A stretch of DNA of 64,000 bases from an uncultured Verrucomicrobiae bacterium (GTDB lineage: Bacteria > Verrucomicrobiota > Verrucomicrobiia > Chthoniobacterales > UBA10450), in the NCBI GenBank assembly GCA_963726745.1, contig CAVSDR010000002.1:32001-96000 (forward strand), given 5' to 3'. The notes under the pieces are model-generated. The model was not told the origin of the DNA. It made no database searches and worked only from the letters and a program-made list of their open reading frames with translations. The position numbers and the translations under genes are program-made. This document shows, piece after piece, positions 1 to 12,664 of this stretch (within the stretch, counting starts at the first letter, position 1; each line of letters opens with the position of its first letter).

Positions 1-1675
1 TGAGCAAGCCGCCGGCGCTTCCGCCCTGGATCAGCAAACGCTCGCGCGCGGCGTATTTCTTCTCCACCAGGTAATCGCCACAGGCCGCGAAGTCGGTAAA
101 CGTGTTCCGCTTCGTCATCATCCGGCCATCATCGTGCCAGGCTTCGCCGAGCTCGCCGCCGCCGCGAATGTGCGCGATCGCGAAGACCACTCCACGATCC
201 AGGAGCGAGATGCGCTCGGAGGAAAACGACGGGTCGATCGAGATGCCGTAGGAACCGTAGCCGTAGAGCCAGCAGGGCGCCTGGCCGTCGAGCGCGACGT
301 CTTTGCGGCGGACGATGTCGAGCGGGATTTCCTTCCCGTCGGCCGCTTTCACCCGCACCCGCTCGACCGTGTAGCGCGCGGGATCGTAGCCGCCGAGGAC
401 TTCGTTGCGCTTGAGCAATTTCTGCTCGCCGCTCGCAATGTCGTAAGCATAAACGCTCGGCGGCGTCACCGGCGACTCGTAGTCGAAACGGAAGACGCCC
501 GTATGGAATTCCGGGTTGTGCTCGCTGTCGGCCGAGTAGGCCGGCTCCGGCAATTCGATCCGGCGCGAGGTCTTGTTCTCGTAGTCGGTCACGCGGAAGC
601 GCACCAACCCTTCCGCGCGCTCGACCACTACCGCGTGGTCCGCGAACGGCTCAAATTCCTCGATCGTCACGCCCGGCTGCTCGGGCACAAGTGGCTGCCA
701 ATTTTCCACTCCCGGCGCGGTCACTGGCGCGGTGACCACGCGATACTCTTTCGCGCCGTCGTTTGTCCGCAGGTAGAACAGGTCGCCGCGATGTTCCGGG
801 TAATACTTGATCTCGTCGCGGCGCGGCGCGATCACCTGCCACTCGCCCGCCGGCTGGTCGGCCGCGAGGAAACGAAACTCGGAGGTGCGGCTGCTTTCGC
901 TCCCGACGAAGAGAAACTTCCCGTCGCGCGAGCGGCCCAGGCCGACGTTGAAGAGCTCGTCCTTCTCCTCGTAAAGCGCGGCCGGTTTTTTTTCGCCGAG
1001 GGTAAAACGCCAGACGCGATTGCTCCGCTTGGCCGCGTCTTCCGTGACGTAGAAGATCGTCTGGTTGTCCGCCGCCCAGACGAGGTCGGCCACTTTGCCG
1101 ATCGGCGTTTTGATCTCCTTGCCGGTGGCGAGGTCCTTCAGGTGAAAGTCGTAATCGCGGTGGCCGTTGACGTCGGTCGAGTAAGCCAGGAGGGAGTTGT
1201 CGTCGCTGTATTCGAACGAGTGCACCGCCATGAATTTCTTCCCCTGCGCGAGCGCGTTCACGTCGAGCACGACCTCTTCCGGCGCCTCCAGGGTGCCCTT
1301 CTTCCGGCAGAAAATCGGATACTGCTTCCCCTCCTCGGTGCGGCGGTAGAGCCAGTAGCCGCGCTGCAAATAAGGCGCGGAAACGTCGGCCTGTTTGATC
1401 CGGCCGAGCATCTCGTCGTAGAGCTTTTTCTCGAGCGCGGCGAAGGGCGCCATCACTTTGGCGGTGTAAGCGTTCTCCGCCTTCAGGTGTGCCAGGACCG
1501 CCGGGTTGGTTTTCTCGCGCAGCCAGAAATACGGATCCTCCAGCTTGTCGCCATGCAGGCCGACGATCTTCGGTTTCTTGGCGGCTTGGGGCGGCGTGCC
1601 GGCGGCGGGATCGAGCCCGGCGGCGTGGAGCGTGAGGGTGGAAGTCATGAGCAAGGCGAGGGCATGGGCGCGCAT
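1..1675 (-). CDS. ptrB: Oligopeptidase B (S9A family); 3' end runs off the window
   Basis: Own translation from ATG at 1675: MRAHALALLM...GDKLEDPYFWLREK..VLAHLKAENAYT, later AHIRGGGELGEAW..KRNTFTDF, and the catalytic IQGGSAGG at the window edge. Absent from the ORF track because no stop lies in the window. Confidence 0.92.
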   Translation of the reverse strand, partial: MRAHALALLMTSTLTLHAAGLDPAAGTPPQAAKKPKIVGLHGDKLEDPYFWLREKTNPAVLAHLKAENAYTAKVMAPFAALEKKLYDEMLGRIKQADVSAPYLQRGYWLYRRTEEGKQYPIFCRKKGTLEAPEEVVLDVNALAQGKKFMAVHSFEYSDDNSLLAYSTDVNGHRDYDFHLKDLATGKEIKTPIGKVADLVWAADNQTIFYVTEDAAKRSNRVWRFTLGEKKPAALYEEKDELFNVGLGRSRDGKFLFVGSESSRTSEFRFLAADQPAGEWQVIAPRRDEIKYYPEHRGDLFYLRTNDGAKEYRVVTAPVTAPGVENWQPLVPEQPGVTIEEFEPFADHAVVVERAEGLVRFRVTDYENKTSRRIELPEPAYSADSEHNPEFHTGVFRFDYESPVTPPSVYAYDIASGEQKLLKRNEVLGGYDPARYTVERVRVKAADGKEIPLDIVRRKDVALDGQAPCWLYGYGSYGISIDPSFSSERISLLDRGVVFAIAHIRGGGELGEAWHDDGRMMTKRNTFTDFAACGDYLVEKKYAARERLLIQGGSAGGLL

Positions 1676-1751
1676 CGACGGTCACCTAGCCAGAGCTTCG
1701 CGTCTTTGCAAAGTCGCGAGTGGCCGCGTCCTGCGTTACAGGGAAAAGCCG

Positions 1752-3784
<2,033 letters not shown>

Positions 3785-6092
3785 CCGCGAGCGTCTGGTC
3801 GCGGATCGGTTCCGGCGGCAGGGGGCGGAGAATTGCCTCGGCGGCGCGGTAATGCTCCAGCGCCTCTGCCGTGCGTCCGAGATTTGGGCCGCCCGGCTGG
3901 CCTAACAAGTCGGCCATGTGCTGGTGGCTCAAGGCGAGGGAGCGTTGCGCCGAAGTGTTCTTTGGATCGATCTCGGCCAGGTGCTGGAAAACTGCGAGCG
4001 AGCGCTCCCGGGAGGCAAGCGCGCCCGCGAGATCGCCTGAGGCCTCGAGCACATTGGCCACTTTTTCATCGGCCACCGCAGCATCGCGCACGACGTCGAA
4101 ATGATCGCGATGCGCCGCCGCGAGCTCGAGCCGGATGCGCTGTGATTCCGCATACGCGCGCCGCGCCTCCTCCAGGTGGCCGGCACTTTCATGCATCGTC
4201 CCGAGGCGCTCGTGCAGCAGGCCGGTGAGGCGGGTGGTCTTGAAAACGTCGCCGGCGCCGGCGGGGATCGATTGGAGGATGGCGAGCGCTTCCTGATAAA
4301 GCCGGAGCGCGCCGGCGGCGTCGCCATTATTCGGAAAATTCGGATGCCCGAGGACGTCGGCTGTTTTCAACGAACTGATCGCGAGCGCCTGCTGCGCCGC
4401 GGGGTCGCCGGGCGCCTGCGCGGCTAACGAGCGGAAGACCGCGAGCGAACGCTGCGCGCTGGCCACGGCTGCCCGCAGGTCTCCCTTTGCGGCTTGCACT
4501 TCGCTCATTTTCTCGTCGATCACGCCGAGGATACGGTAAGCCTGGGCGTCGGCCGGGTGCACCGCCAGCAGGCGCTCGGCGATCTCGCGCGCGGTCGCGA
4601 ATGTCGTGAGCGCGCCGTCGATGTCGCCGAGGTTGGAGTTGTTCGGATTGCCCTGGACGTTGCCCACGCGGATGTAGGCGTTCGCGAGTTCGCGCGAAAG
4701 CGACGGATCGCCGCCGGCTTCCTGCGCGAGACTGTTCAGGTAAGCCAGCGCGCGGGTGACGATGAGCTGCCGCGTGGTCGTGGAGCCGGGGAGATCGGCC
4801 ACGGCATCGTGAATCTCGAACATGAGCGCGTGCGCCAGGCCGCGCAGCTCGCTGAAGCGGCGCTCGGCCAGAGCGCGCGCGTGCTCGGCTTGCCGCGCCT
4901 GCCACGAGGTTGCGAAAATGCCGGCTAAAAGCGTGATGAGGAGAAGCAACGTGCCGGCCGCCGTCAGCTTGTTCCGCTGGAGAAAGCGCGCGCTCCGGTA
5001 GCTCCAGGTGTCCTTGCGCGCGAGCACCGGCCGGCCTTCCAGAAAGCGCTGGAGGTCCGCCGAAAGGGCCGCCGCGGAAGCGTAACGGCGCTCGGGTTCC
5101 TTCCGCATGGCCATGAGCACGATCGTGTCGAGATCGCGCGGGAGCGAAGGGCGCCCCTGGCTGGGCGGCGGCGGCTCGGTTTCGCAAATCGTGCGCTCCG
5201 CCTCCTCCGCGCGACGACTCGTTAGGCGGAAAGGTTTCTCACCGGCGAGCAGCTCGTAAAGAATCACGCCCAGGCTGTAGACATCGCTCGCGGTGGTCAT
5301 GCGCTCGCCGCGGATCTGCTCCGGGCTGGCGTATTCCGGCGTCATCACCTTAGTCAGCGAGATGGTGAAATCGTCCGCGCTCTCATCGATCAGCCGGGCG
5401 ATCCCGAAGTCGAGCAGCTTCGGCTCGCCTTCCGGCGTGAGGCGGATGTTGGCCGGCTTGAGGTCGCGATGAATTACCAAATGCTGATGCGCGTAGCTGA
5501 CGGCGGCACAGATTTTTTGGAAGAGCGCCAGCCGTCCGCGGAGGTCGAGCCGGTGCAGGTCGCACCAGACGTCGAGCCGCTCGCCGGCGACGTATTCCAT
5601 GACGAAAAACGGCAGCCCGGCCGGGGTCACGCCGCCGCCGTAGAGGCGCGCGATGTGCGGATGCGTGAGGCCGGCGAGGATGCGTTCCTCTTTCCCGAAC
5701 TGCCGCAGAAAGCTCGCGCGGCCGTAAGCGCGCTTGATCAACTTGATCGCAACCTGGCGGCCTAATTCCTCGTCTTGCGCGAGGTAGACTTCTCCCATGC
5801 CGCCTTCGCCAAGCAGCGCGCGGATGGTGTAATGCTCGAGGCGCTCGCCCGGCTGGAGTTCGCTCGAGGAGGCGAGCGATTCGGCCACGAGTTCATAGGC
5901 CGGGCCGCCGATGAAGCGAGTCGCTTCCTGCTGGAAACGGAGGAGCGACTCAACCTCGGCGCGCAGAGCTGCGTCCTCGCCGCAGGCGTGCGCGACAAAT
6001 TCCTGCTGCGCCTCGCCCTCGAATTCCAAGGCCGCTTCCACGAGTTCCGCCACGCGCTCGGCAGTGGACGATTCGTCGGGCATGCGCGGAAA

Positions 6093-6680
6093 TCAGGCGG
6101 CGTGGCCGCTGAGCGCGCGGCAGAGCCAGAGCTTGGCGAAACTCCAATCGCGCAGGACGGTTTTCTCAGAGACCTGGAGGACCTCGGCGATTTCCTTGGT
6201 TTCCATCCCGCCGAAAAACTTCAGCTCCACGACCTCGCTTTTCCGCGGGTAGGTGACGGCAAAATCTGCCAGCGCTCCGTCGACCGCGAGCAAGTCGCTG
6301 CTGCTTTCGCAGGCGAGCGCGCGCGCTTCGTCGAGACTGAATTTGCGCGCATGGCCGCCGCGTTTCTCGGCGTGATGCGCGCGCGCATGATCGACCAGGA
6401 TGCGCCGCATCAGACGCGCGGCGATCGCGTAGAAGTGGGCGCGATTTTGCCAGCAAATTCCGGTCTCGCCCACGAGCCGCAGGTAAGCTTCGTGCACCAG
6501 CGCGGTCGCCTGCAGGGTGTGATCCGCCCGCTCGCGGCGCAGGTAATCCCGGGCCAGGCGCCGGAGTTCCTCGTAGACCAGCGGCATCAGCCGGTCGGGC
6601 GCATCGGTCTCGCCCGCGCGCCAGCTGAGCAGAAGGCGCGTGACTTCCGGTTGGCTGGGGCTTTCTGATGGGAGAGCCAT
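6093..6680 (-). CDS. ECF RNA polymerase sigma factor (TIGR02999-like, kinase-associated)
   Basis: LVYEELRRLA..HTLQATALVHEAYLRL..MRRILVDHAR..KRGG..VELKFFGG..EIAEVL..TVLRDW; lies directly upstream of the kinase. Confidence 0.9.
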   Translation of the reverse strand: MALPSESPSQPEVTRLLLSWRAGETDAPDRLMPLVYEELRRLARDYLRRERADHTLQATALVHEAYLRLVGETGICWQNRAHFYAIAARLMRRILVDHARAHHAEKRGGHARKFSLDEARALACESSSDLLAVDGALADFAVTYPRKSEVVELKFFGGMETKEIAEVLQVSEKTVLRDWSFAKLWLCRALSGHAA

Positions 6681-6743
6681 CGGAGGGGAATCTATTTAGC
6701 CGGCAATTTCATAGCCAATCTATTCCTGCGCGTCGCCGCGCGT

Positions 6744-7730
6744 TTAAAGCAACTCGGCGATCTGGACCGCGTTCAAGGCCGCGCCTTTAAGGAGCTGGTC
6801 GCCGGAAATCCAGAACGCGAGCCCGTTCTCCAAGGCGCAGTCGAGCCGCACACGCCCGACCTGGCAGTTGTCCTTCCCCGCGGCCGCGAGCGGCGTGGGA
6901 TATTGATGCTCCGCGGGCGCATCGACGAGGTCGAGACCGGGGGAATTAGCCAGCACTTTGTGCGCGGCCGCGACTGTCACCGGCCGCTCGAATTCCGCAT
7001 GCACCGCGACCGAGTGCGCCCGGTAAACCGGCACGCGCACGCAAGTAACGGAAGCGCGGAAATCGGGCAGGTGCATGATCCGCCGGCCTTCGTGTTGCAT
7101 CTTCATTTCTTCCTTGGTGTAGCCGTCGGGGAGGAAGGAATCGACCTGCGGGAGGACGTTGAAAGCGATCGGGTGCGGGTAGACTTCCGGCGGCGTGGAC
7201 GGATCGGCTACTTGCTGCCGGAGTTCCTCGATCGCGCGCGCGCCGGTGCCGGAAACCGCTTGATAGCTCGCGGCAAAAATGCGCCGCACGCCGAACGCCT
7301 GATGCAACGGATAGAGCGCCATGAGCGTGACCGCGGTGGTGCAATTGGGATTGGCGATGATCCCGCGATGCCCGCGCACGTCGTCGCCATTGATCTCCGG
7401 GACCACCAAGGGAACCGCCGGATCCATTCGAAAAGCCGACGAGTTGTCGATCACGACCGCGCCGGCGTCGCGCGCGATCGGGACGAACTTCCGGGAAATG
7501 TCGCCGCCGGCGCTGAAGAACGCGATCTCGCAGCCGGCAAACGATTCCTCCGTGAGCGCCTCGATTCGGACTTCGCGGCCGCGGAATTTTGCCGTCTTGC
7601 CGGCAGAACGCGCGGAAGCGAGCAGGCGTAGATCGCCCACGGGAAAATTGCGCCGCGCGAGCACGTCGAGCAACTCCAGGCCGACGGCACCAGTCGCGCC
7701 GACGATTGCGATCTTGTAGCTTTTGCTCAT
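6744..7730 (-). CDS. asd: Aspartate-semialdehyde dehydrogenase
   Basis: IAIVGATGAVG, DNSSAFRM, IIANPNCTT, SYQAVSG, KGAALNAVQIAE. Confidence 0.96.
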   Translation of the reverse strand: MSKSYKIAIVGATGAVGLELLDVLARRNFPVGDLRLLASARSAGKTAKFRGREVRIEALTEESFAGCEIAFFSAGGDISRKFVPIARDAGAVVIDNSSAFRMDPAVPLVVPEINGDDVRGHRGIIANPNCTTAVTLMALYPLHQAFGVRRIFAASYQAVSGTGARAIEELRQQVADPSTPPEVYPHPIAFNVLPQVDSFLPDGYTKEEMKMQHEGRRIMHLPDFRASVTCVRVPVYRAHSVAVHAEFERPVTVAAAHKVLANSPGLDLVDAPAEHQYPTPLAAAGKDNCQVGRVRLDCALENGLAFWISGDQLLKGAALNAVQIAELL

Positions 7731-7759
7731 CGGGGCGGCCACTGTATGTCCCATTAGAC

Positions 7760-8251
7760 GTGAAGCAAACCCAGCCCCGGCACATCCACATTTCCGTCGC
7801 GCGCCAGCGCCTGGCCTTGAAGCGCGGCCGTCGCGTTGAGCGCGCCTGGCCGGTCTCCACTTCCGCCTCCGGCCTCGGCTCGGAGGAGGGGAGCAACCGG
7901 ACGCCGCTGGGCCGTTTCCGCATCGCGGAAAAGTTCGGCGCCGGGATGCCGCTGGCGACCGCGTTCAAGAGCCGCGAGCCCGTGCCGCTCACTCCGCAGA
8001 TGCTCCAGGCGGAGGATTTGATCATGGCGCGCATCCTCTGGCTCGACGGGCTCGAGCGGCAAAATGCGAATACCCATGCGCGCTACATTTACATCCACGG
8101 AACGAACCACGAGGAGGCCATCGGCACGCCCGCGAGCCATGGCTGCATCCGCATGCGCAACGCCGATGTGGCCGAGCTTTTCGAGCTCGTAGAGGTCGGC
8201 ACGCTGGTCCGGATCGACGCGCCGCGCCGCCCGCGCACCCCGGCGAAATAG
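7760..8251 (+). CDS. L,D-transpeptidase (YkuD family)
   Basis: TPLGRF..IYIHGT..SHGCIRM motif; GTG start chosen at 7760. Confidence 0.85.
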   Translation: MKQTQPRHIHISVARQRLALKRGRRVERAWPVSTSASGLGSEEGSNRTPLGRFRIAEKFGAGMPLATAFKSREPVPLTPQMLQAEDLIMARILWLDGLERQNANTHARYIYIHGTNHEEAIGTPASHGCIRMRNADVAELFELVEVGTLVRIDAPRRPRTPAK

Positions 8252-8331
8252 CTGAGAAAAATCATTGCGCAGGGGAAGTGACCTGACTAAATGACGGCAG
8301 CAACTTGCTGGGAAAGGAGGCGAAATACTGA

Positions 8332-8460
8332 ATGAATTTCATCAAATTAGTCGTCGTTTTGGCCGTGGCGGCCAGCGCTCTGAGCTTGGGCGCATGCGCG
8401 CAGAAGAAAGAGGCGAGCATGTCCACCAGCGCATCGACCCATAGCACCTACTCGAAGTAG
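8332..8460 (+). CDS. Small 42-aa lipoprotein (not in the ORF track)
   Basis: MNFIKLVVVLAVAASALSLGACAQKKEASMSTSASTHSTYSK*; lipobox LGAC; AAGGAGG at 8314-8320; terminator downstream. Confidence 0.8.
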   Translation: MNFIKLVVVLAVAASALSLGACAQKKEASMSTSASTHSTYSK

Positions 8461-8500
8461 TCCCGCTCGGTAGTCCGGGGAACGGATACCTTTTTACCTG

Positions 8501-8533
8501 AAGGCCAGGTCGTTCTGCGACCTGGCCTTTTTC
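8501..8533 (+). terminator. Rho-independent terminator
   Basis: AAGGCCAGGTCG-ttctg-CGACCTGGCCTT followed by a T run. Confidence 0.85.
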
Positions 8534-8588
8534 GTGCCCGCGACGCCACGCGCTTTCCTTTCGCCTTTGGCTAATTAGACTGCGCCCT

Positions 8589-10100
8589 GTGCAACTCGCC
8601 GGCCAACCGCTCACCCTCGTCGCGATCGCGGAAGTCGCGCTCGGCGGCACTGCGGTTGAACTCAATCCGGCAGTCCATGCGCGCATCCGGCGCTCGCGGG
8701 AATTAGTCGACGAGATCACGCGGAGCGACGCGATCGTTTACGGGGTCAACACCGGCTTCGGAAAGCTTTCCGAGGTGCACATCGCGCGCGAAGATCTCCG
8801 GCAGCTCCAGCTCAACCTCGTGCGCAGCCATGCCTGCGGCATCGGCGCGCCGCTCTCCGTTCCCGAGGTGCGCGCGATGATGCTCCTGCGCGCGAACGTG
8901 CTCACGCTCGGCTTTAGCGGGATTCGCCTGGAGGTGATCGAGCTGCTTGTGGCGATGCTCCAACGCGGGGTCACGCCGGTGATTCCAGAGAAGGGGTCGG
9001 TCGGCGCCAGCGGCGATCTCGCGCCGCTGGCGCACCTCTCGTTAGGCTTGATCGGCGAAGGGGAATCTTTTTTCAAAGGCGAGCGGCTCCCCGGCGCGGA
9101 AGCGCTCCGGCGCGCCGGCCTGGAACCGGTCACGCTCGAGGCCAAGGAAGGGCTCGCTTTGCTCAACGGCACGCAGGCGATGCACGCCGTGGGCGGGCTC
9201 GCTTTGCTCCGCGCGAAACGGCTTTCGAGAATAGCCGACGTCATCGGCGCGATGAGCCTCGAGGCGCTCAAGGGCACGCCGACCGCGTTTGACGAACGCA
9301 TCCAGGTCGCCCGGCCGCATCCCGGCCAGGCCGCGGCCGCGGAGCATCTCCGCGCCTTGTTGCGCGACAGCGAAATCCGCGAATCGCACAAGACCGGCGA
9401 CCCGCGGGTGCAGGATGCCTACAGCCTGCGCTGCATGCCGCAGGTGCACGGCGCGGTCCGCGGCGCGTTCGCGCATTGCGAGGAAGTGCTCGAGACCGAG
9501 TCGGCTTCGGCGACGGATAATCCGCTCGTTTTCGCGGCGGAGGGCGACGTCATTTCCGGCGGCAATTTTCACGGCGCGCCGCTGGCCTACGCACTCGATT
9601 ACGCGGCGATCGCGCTGGCTGATCTGATGAGCATGAGCGAGCGCCGGACCGATCGCCTAATCAATCCCGACACCAGCGAAGGCCTGCCGCCGTTCCTCGC
9701 GCGCCAGGCCGGGATGCAATCCGGCTTCATGATTCCGCACGTCGCCTCGGTCGCGCTCTTGAGCGAAGCCAAGGTGCTCGCGCATCCCGCGAGCGTGGAC
9801 AATTTGCCGACGTCAGGCGGCAAGGAGGATCACGTTTCCATGGGGATGACCGCGGCGCTGAAGCTGCGCACGATCGTGGAGAATGCCGAGCACTTGTTTG
9901 CGATCGAGTTGCTCGCGGCCGGGAGCGCGCTGGAATTTCGGCGGCCGCTCAAGGCCGGTGTGGGCGTCGAGCGGGCGCATGCGACGCTGCGCGCACTGGC
10001 GCCGGCGCTGGAGGAGGATCGCTCGATGGCCGACGAGATCGCGCGCGTGGCCGCGGCGATTCGCGCGGGAGAATTTGACAGCGAGATGACGATTTTATGA
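8589..10100 (+). CDS. hutH: Histidine ammonia-lyase
   Basis: [11 protein letters not shown] motif [32 protein letters not shown]. Confidence 0.96.
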   Translation: MQLAGQPLTLVAIAEVALGGTAVELNPAVHARIRRSRELVDEITRSDAIVYGVNTGFGKLSEVHIAREDLRQLQLNLVRSHACGIGAPLSVPEVRAMMLLRANVLTLGFSGIRLEVIELLVAMLQRGVTPVIPEKGSVGASGDLAPLAHLSLGLIGEGESFFKGERLPGAEALRRAGLEPVTLEAKEGLALLNGTQAMHAVGGLALLRAKRLSRIADVIGAMSLEALKGTPTAFDERIQVARPHPGQAAAAEHLRALLRDSEIRESHKTGDPRVQDAYSLRCMPQVHGAVRGAFAHCEEVLETESASATDNPLVFAAEGDVISGGNFHGAPLAYALDYAAIALADLMSMSERRTDRLINPDTSEGLPPFLARQAGMQSGFMIPHVASVALLSEAKVLAHPASVDNLPTSGGKEDHVSMGMTAALKLRTIVENAEHLFAIELLAAGSALEFRRPLKAGVGVERAHATLRALAPALEEDRSMADEIARVAAAIRAGEFDSEMTIL

Positions 10101-11753
10101 CAGGGAGCCGACTCGTTAGGGCCCCGCGGGGCACGGAGCTCAGTTGCCGGGGCTGGCAGCAGGAAGCCGCCCTGCGCATGCTGATGAACAACCTCGACCC
10201 GGAGGTCGCGGAAGCGCCCGATCGCTTGATCGTCTACGGCGGCACCGGGCGCGCGGCGCGGAACTGGGAAGCGTTTGACGCGATCGTGCACACGCTGCGG
10301 AACCTGGCCAGACGATGAGACCATGCTGGTGCAATCGGGCAAGCCGGTGGGCGTCTTCCGAACGCACGAGGAAGCGCCGCGGGTGCTGATCGCAAACAGC
10401 AATCTCGTTGGCCAGTGGTCGAATTACCCGGAGTTCAATCGCCTCGAGAAACTTGGCCTAACGATGTATGGCCAGATGACCGCCGGCTCGTGGATTTACA
10501 TCGGCAGCCAGGGGATTGTGCAGGGGACCTTCGAGACCTTCGCCTCCGCGGCGGAAAAGCATTTCGGCGGCTCGCTCGAGGGAAAGCTGCTCGTCACCGG
10601 GGGCCTTGGTGGGATGGGCGGGGCGCAACCGCTGGCGGCGACGATGAATGGCGCGCGCTGCCTCGGGATCGAAGTCGATCCGGCGCGAATCGAGAAGCGG
10701 CTTGCGAGCGGCTACTGCGATCGGATGGCGCATTCGCTCGATGAAGCGATGGCCTTGCTCGAAGGACAGAAAGGGTTGTCGGTCGGGTTGGTCGGCAACT
10801 GCGCCGACGTCCTTCCGGAAATGGTCCGGCGCGGGATCGTGCCGGATATTTTAACCGACCAGACGAGCGCGCACGATGCGCTCAACGGCTACGTGCCGCA
10901 CGGGCTGAGCCTCTCGGAAGCGCTCGCGTTGCGCGTGAGTGATCCGGAGGAATACGTCCGGCGCGCGATGCACTCGATGGCAGTGCATGTGCAGGCGATG
11001 CTCGATTTGCAGGCGAAAGGCGCGATCACTTTCGACTACGGCAACAACCTGCGCACGCAGGCGCAGAAGGCCGGCGTCAGCAACGCCTTCGACATTCCCG
11101 GCTTCGTCCCGGAATACATCCGACCGCTCTTTTGCGAAGGGAAGGGGCCGTTCCGTTGGGTCGCGCTGAGCGGTGACCCGGCGGACATCGCGCGCACCGA
11201 TCGTCTCGCGCTGGAGATGTTCCCAAAGAACGAAATCCTCCATCGCTGGATGAAGCTCGCGCAGGCGCGGATCCAGTTTCAGGGATTGCCGGCGCGCATC
11301 TGCTGGCTGGGCTACGGCGAGCGCGCAGAGTTTGGCCTCGGGATGAATGAACTCGTGCGGCGCGGTGAAGTGAAAGCGCCGATCGTGATCGGGCGCGACC
11401 ATCTCGACACCGGCTCGGTCGCGTCGCCTTACCGCGAGACCGAGGGGATGCTCGATGGGAGCGACGCGATCGCGGACTGGGCGTTGCTCAATGCGCTGGT
11501 TAATACTGCGGCCGGGGCGTCGTGGGTTTCGATTCACAACGGCGGCGGCGTCGGCATCGGTTATTCGCAGCATGCGGGCATGGTCGTGGTGGCCGATGGG
11601 ACCGAGAGTGCGAAGCGACGGCTCGAGCGCGTGCTGACGAGTGATCCCGGGATGGGCGTGATCCGCCATGCCGACGCGGGATATTCCCGCGCGATTGCTT
11701 TCGCCGAGGAAAACGAGGTGCAGTTGCCCATGAAACCCACGCCGCGCGATTGA
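10097..11753 (+). CDS. hutU: Urocanate hydratase; one +1 frameshift at ~10310
   Basis: [27 protein letters not shown], then [41 protein letters not shown] in the next frame. Confidence 0.95.
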
Positions 11754-12664
11754 ACCGCGAAGATCAAAACTGGCCGCGCGCTTCGCATTGGCTCGCCGGC
11801 GGGAAAAGTCCGAACGCGCCGGTCTTGCTGGGGATTTTAGGCATCCCGCTCAATGGCTCGATCACTCCCGGGCGTTGCGATCTCGCGCCCGACGCCATCC
11901 GCAGCGCGCTCGAGCGGCACAGTCTTTACGATGCGGATGCGCGCGTTGACCTGGGCGCGGTGCGGGCGCGCGACTGCGGCAACATCGCGCTCGTGGGCCA
12001 TTCGGTGGAAGGGAATTTTTTCCGCTGCGTCGACCTGATCAAACGCGCGCTCAACGGGATCGGGCACGGCGTGCTCCTGGGCGGAGATAATTCGGTCACC
12101 CGGCCGGGGGTGCACTCCATGGGCGTGCCGCTGGCGCGCGCGGGTTTGCTGACCTTTGATGCGCATCACGACCTGCGCACCCTGGAACATGGCCTAACGA
12201 ATGGTAATCCGGTGAGTGCGCTCCTGCGCGACGGCCTGCCGGGCGAGAACGTGATCCAAATCGGCATCCAGCCCTTTGCCAATTCCGCGGCCTACGCCCA
12301 CACCGCCGCGGAGGCCGGGATTCAGGTGGTCACGGCCGACCAGGTGCACCGGCATGGGATGGAAGCGGTGCTGCACGAGGCGCTGGCTAATTTAAGCGAA
12401 CGCGCGGATGCGATCTATGTGGACCTGGACGTGGACGTGCTCGACCGCGCCTTTGCCCCGGCCTGCCCAGGCTCGCGGCCCGGCGGTCTCCTGCCGTGGA
12501 TGCTGCGCGACGCCGCGCGAATCTGCGGGCAACATGAGCGGGTGCGGATGATGGACTTGGTGGAAATCGATCCGACGAAGGACATCGCCGATGCGACCAC
12601 GCTCGCGGCTGCGTCCTTCCTCCTTGCTTTCATCTCCGGCCTAACGAGTCGTTATCTCGCGTGA
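11750..12664 (+). CDS. hutG: Formimidoylglutamase (arginase/ureohydrolase family)
   Basis: LGGDNS, FDAHHD, DLDVD..PA.PG..PGG; located inside the hut operon. Confidence 0.8.
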   Translation: MNREDQNWPRASHWLAGGKSPNAPVLLGILGIPLNGSITPGRCDLAPDAIRSALERHSLYDADARVDLGAVRARDCGNIALVGHSVEGNFFRCVDLIKRALNGIGHGVLLGGDNSVTRPGVHSMGVPLARAGLLTFDAHHDLRTLEHGLTNGNPVSALLRDGLPGENVIQIGIQPFANSAAYAHTAAEAGIQVVTADQVHRHGMEAVLHEALANLSERADAIYVDLDVDVLDRAFAPACPGSRPGGLLPWMLRDAARICGQHERVRMMDLVEIDPTKDIADATTLAAASFLLAFISGLTSRYLA

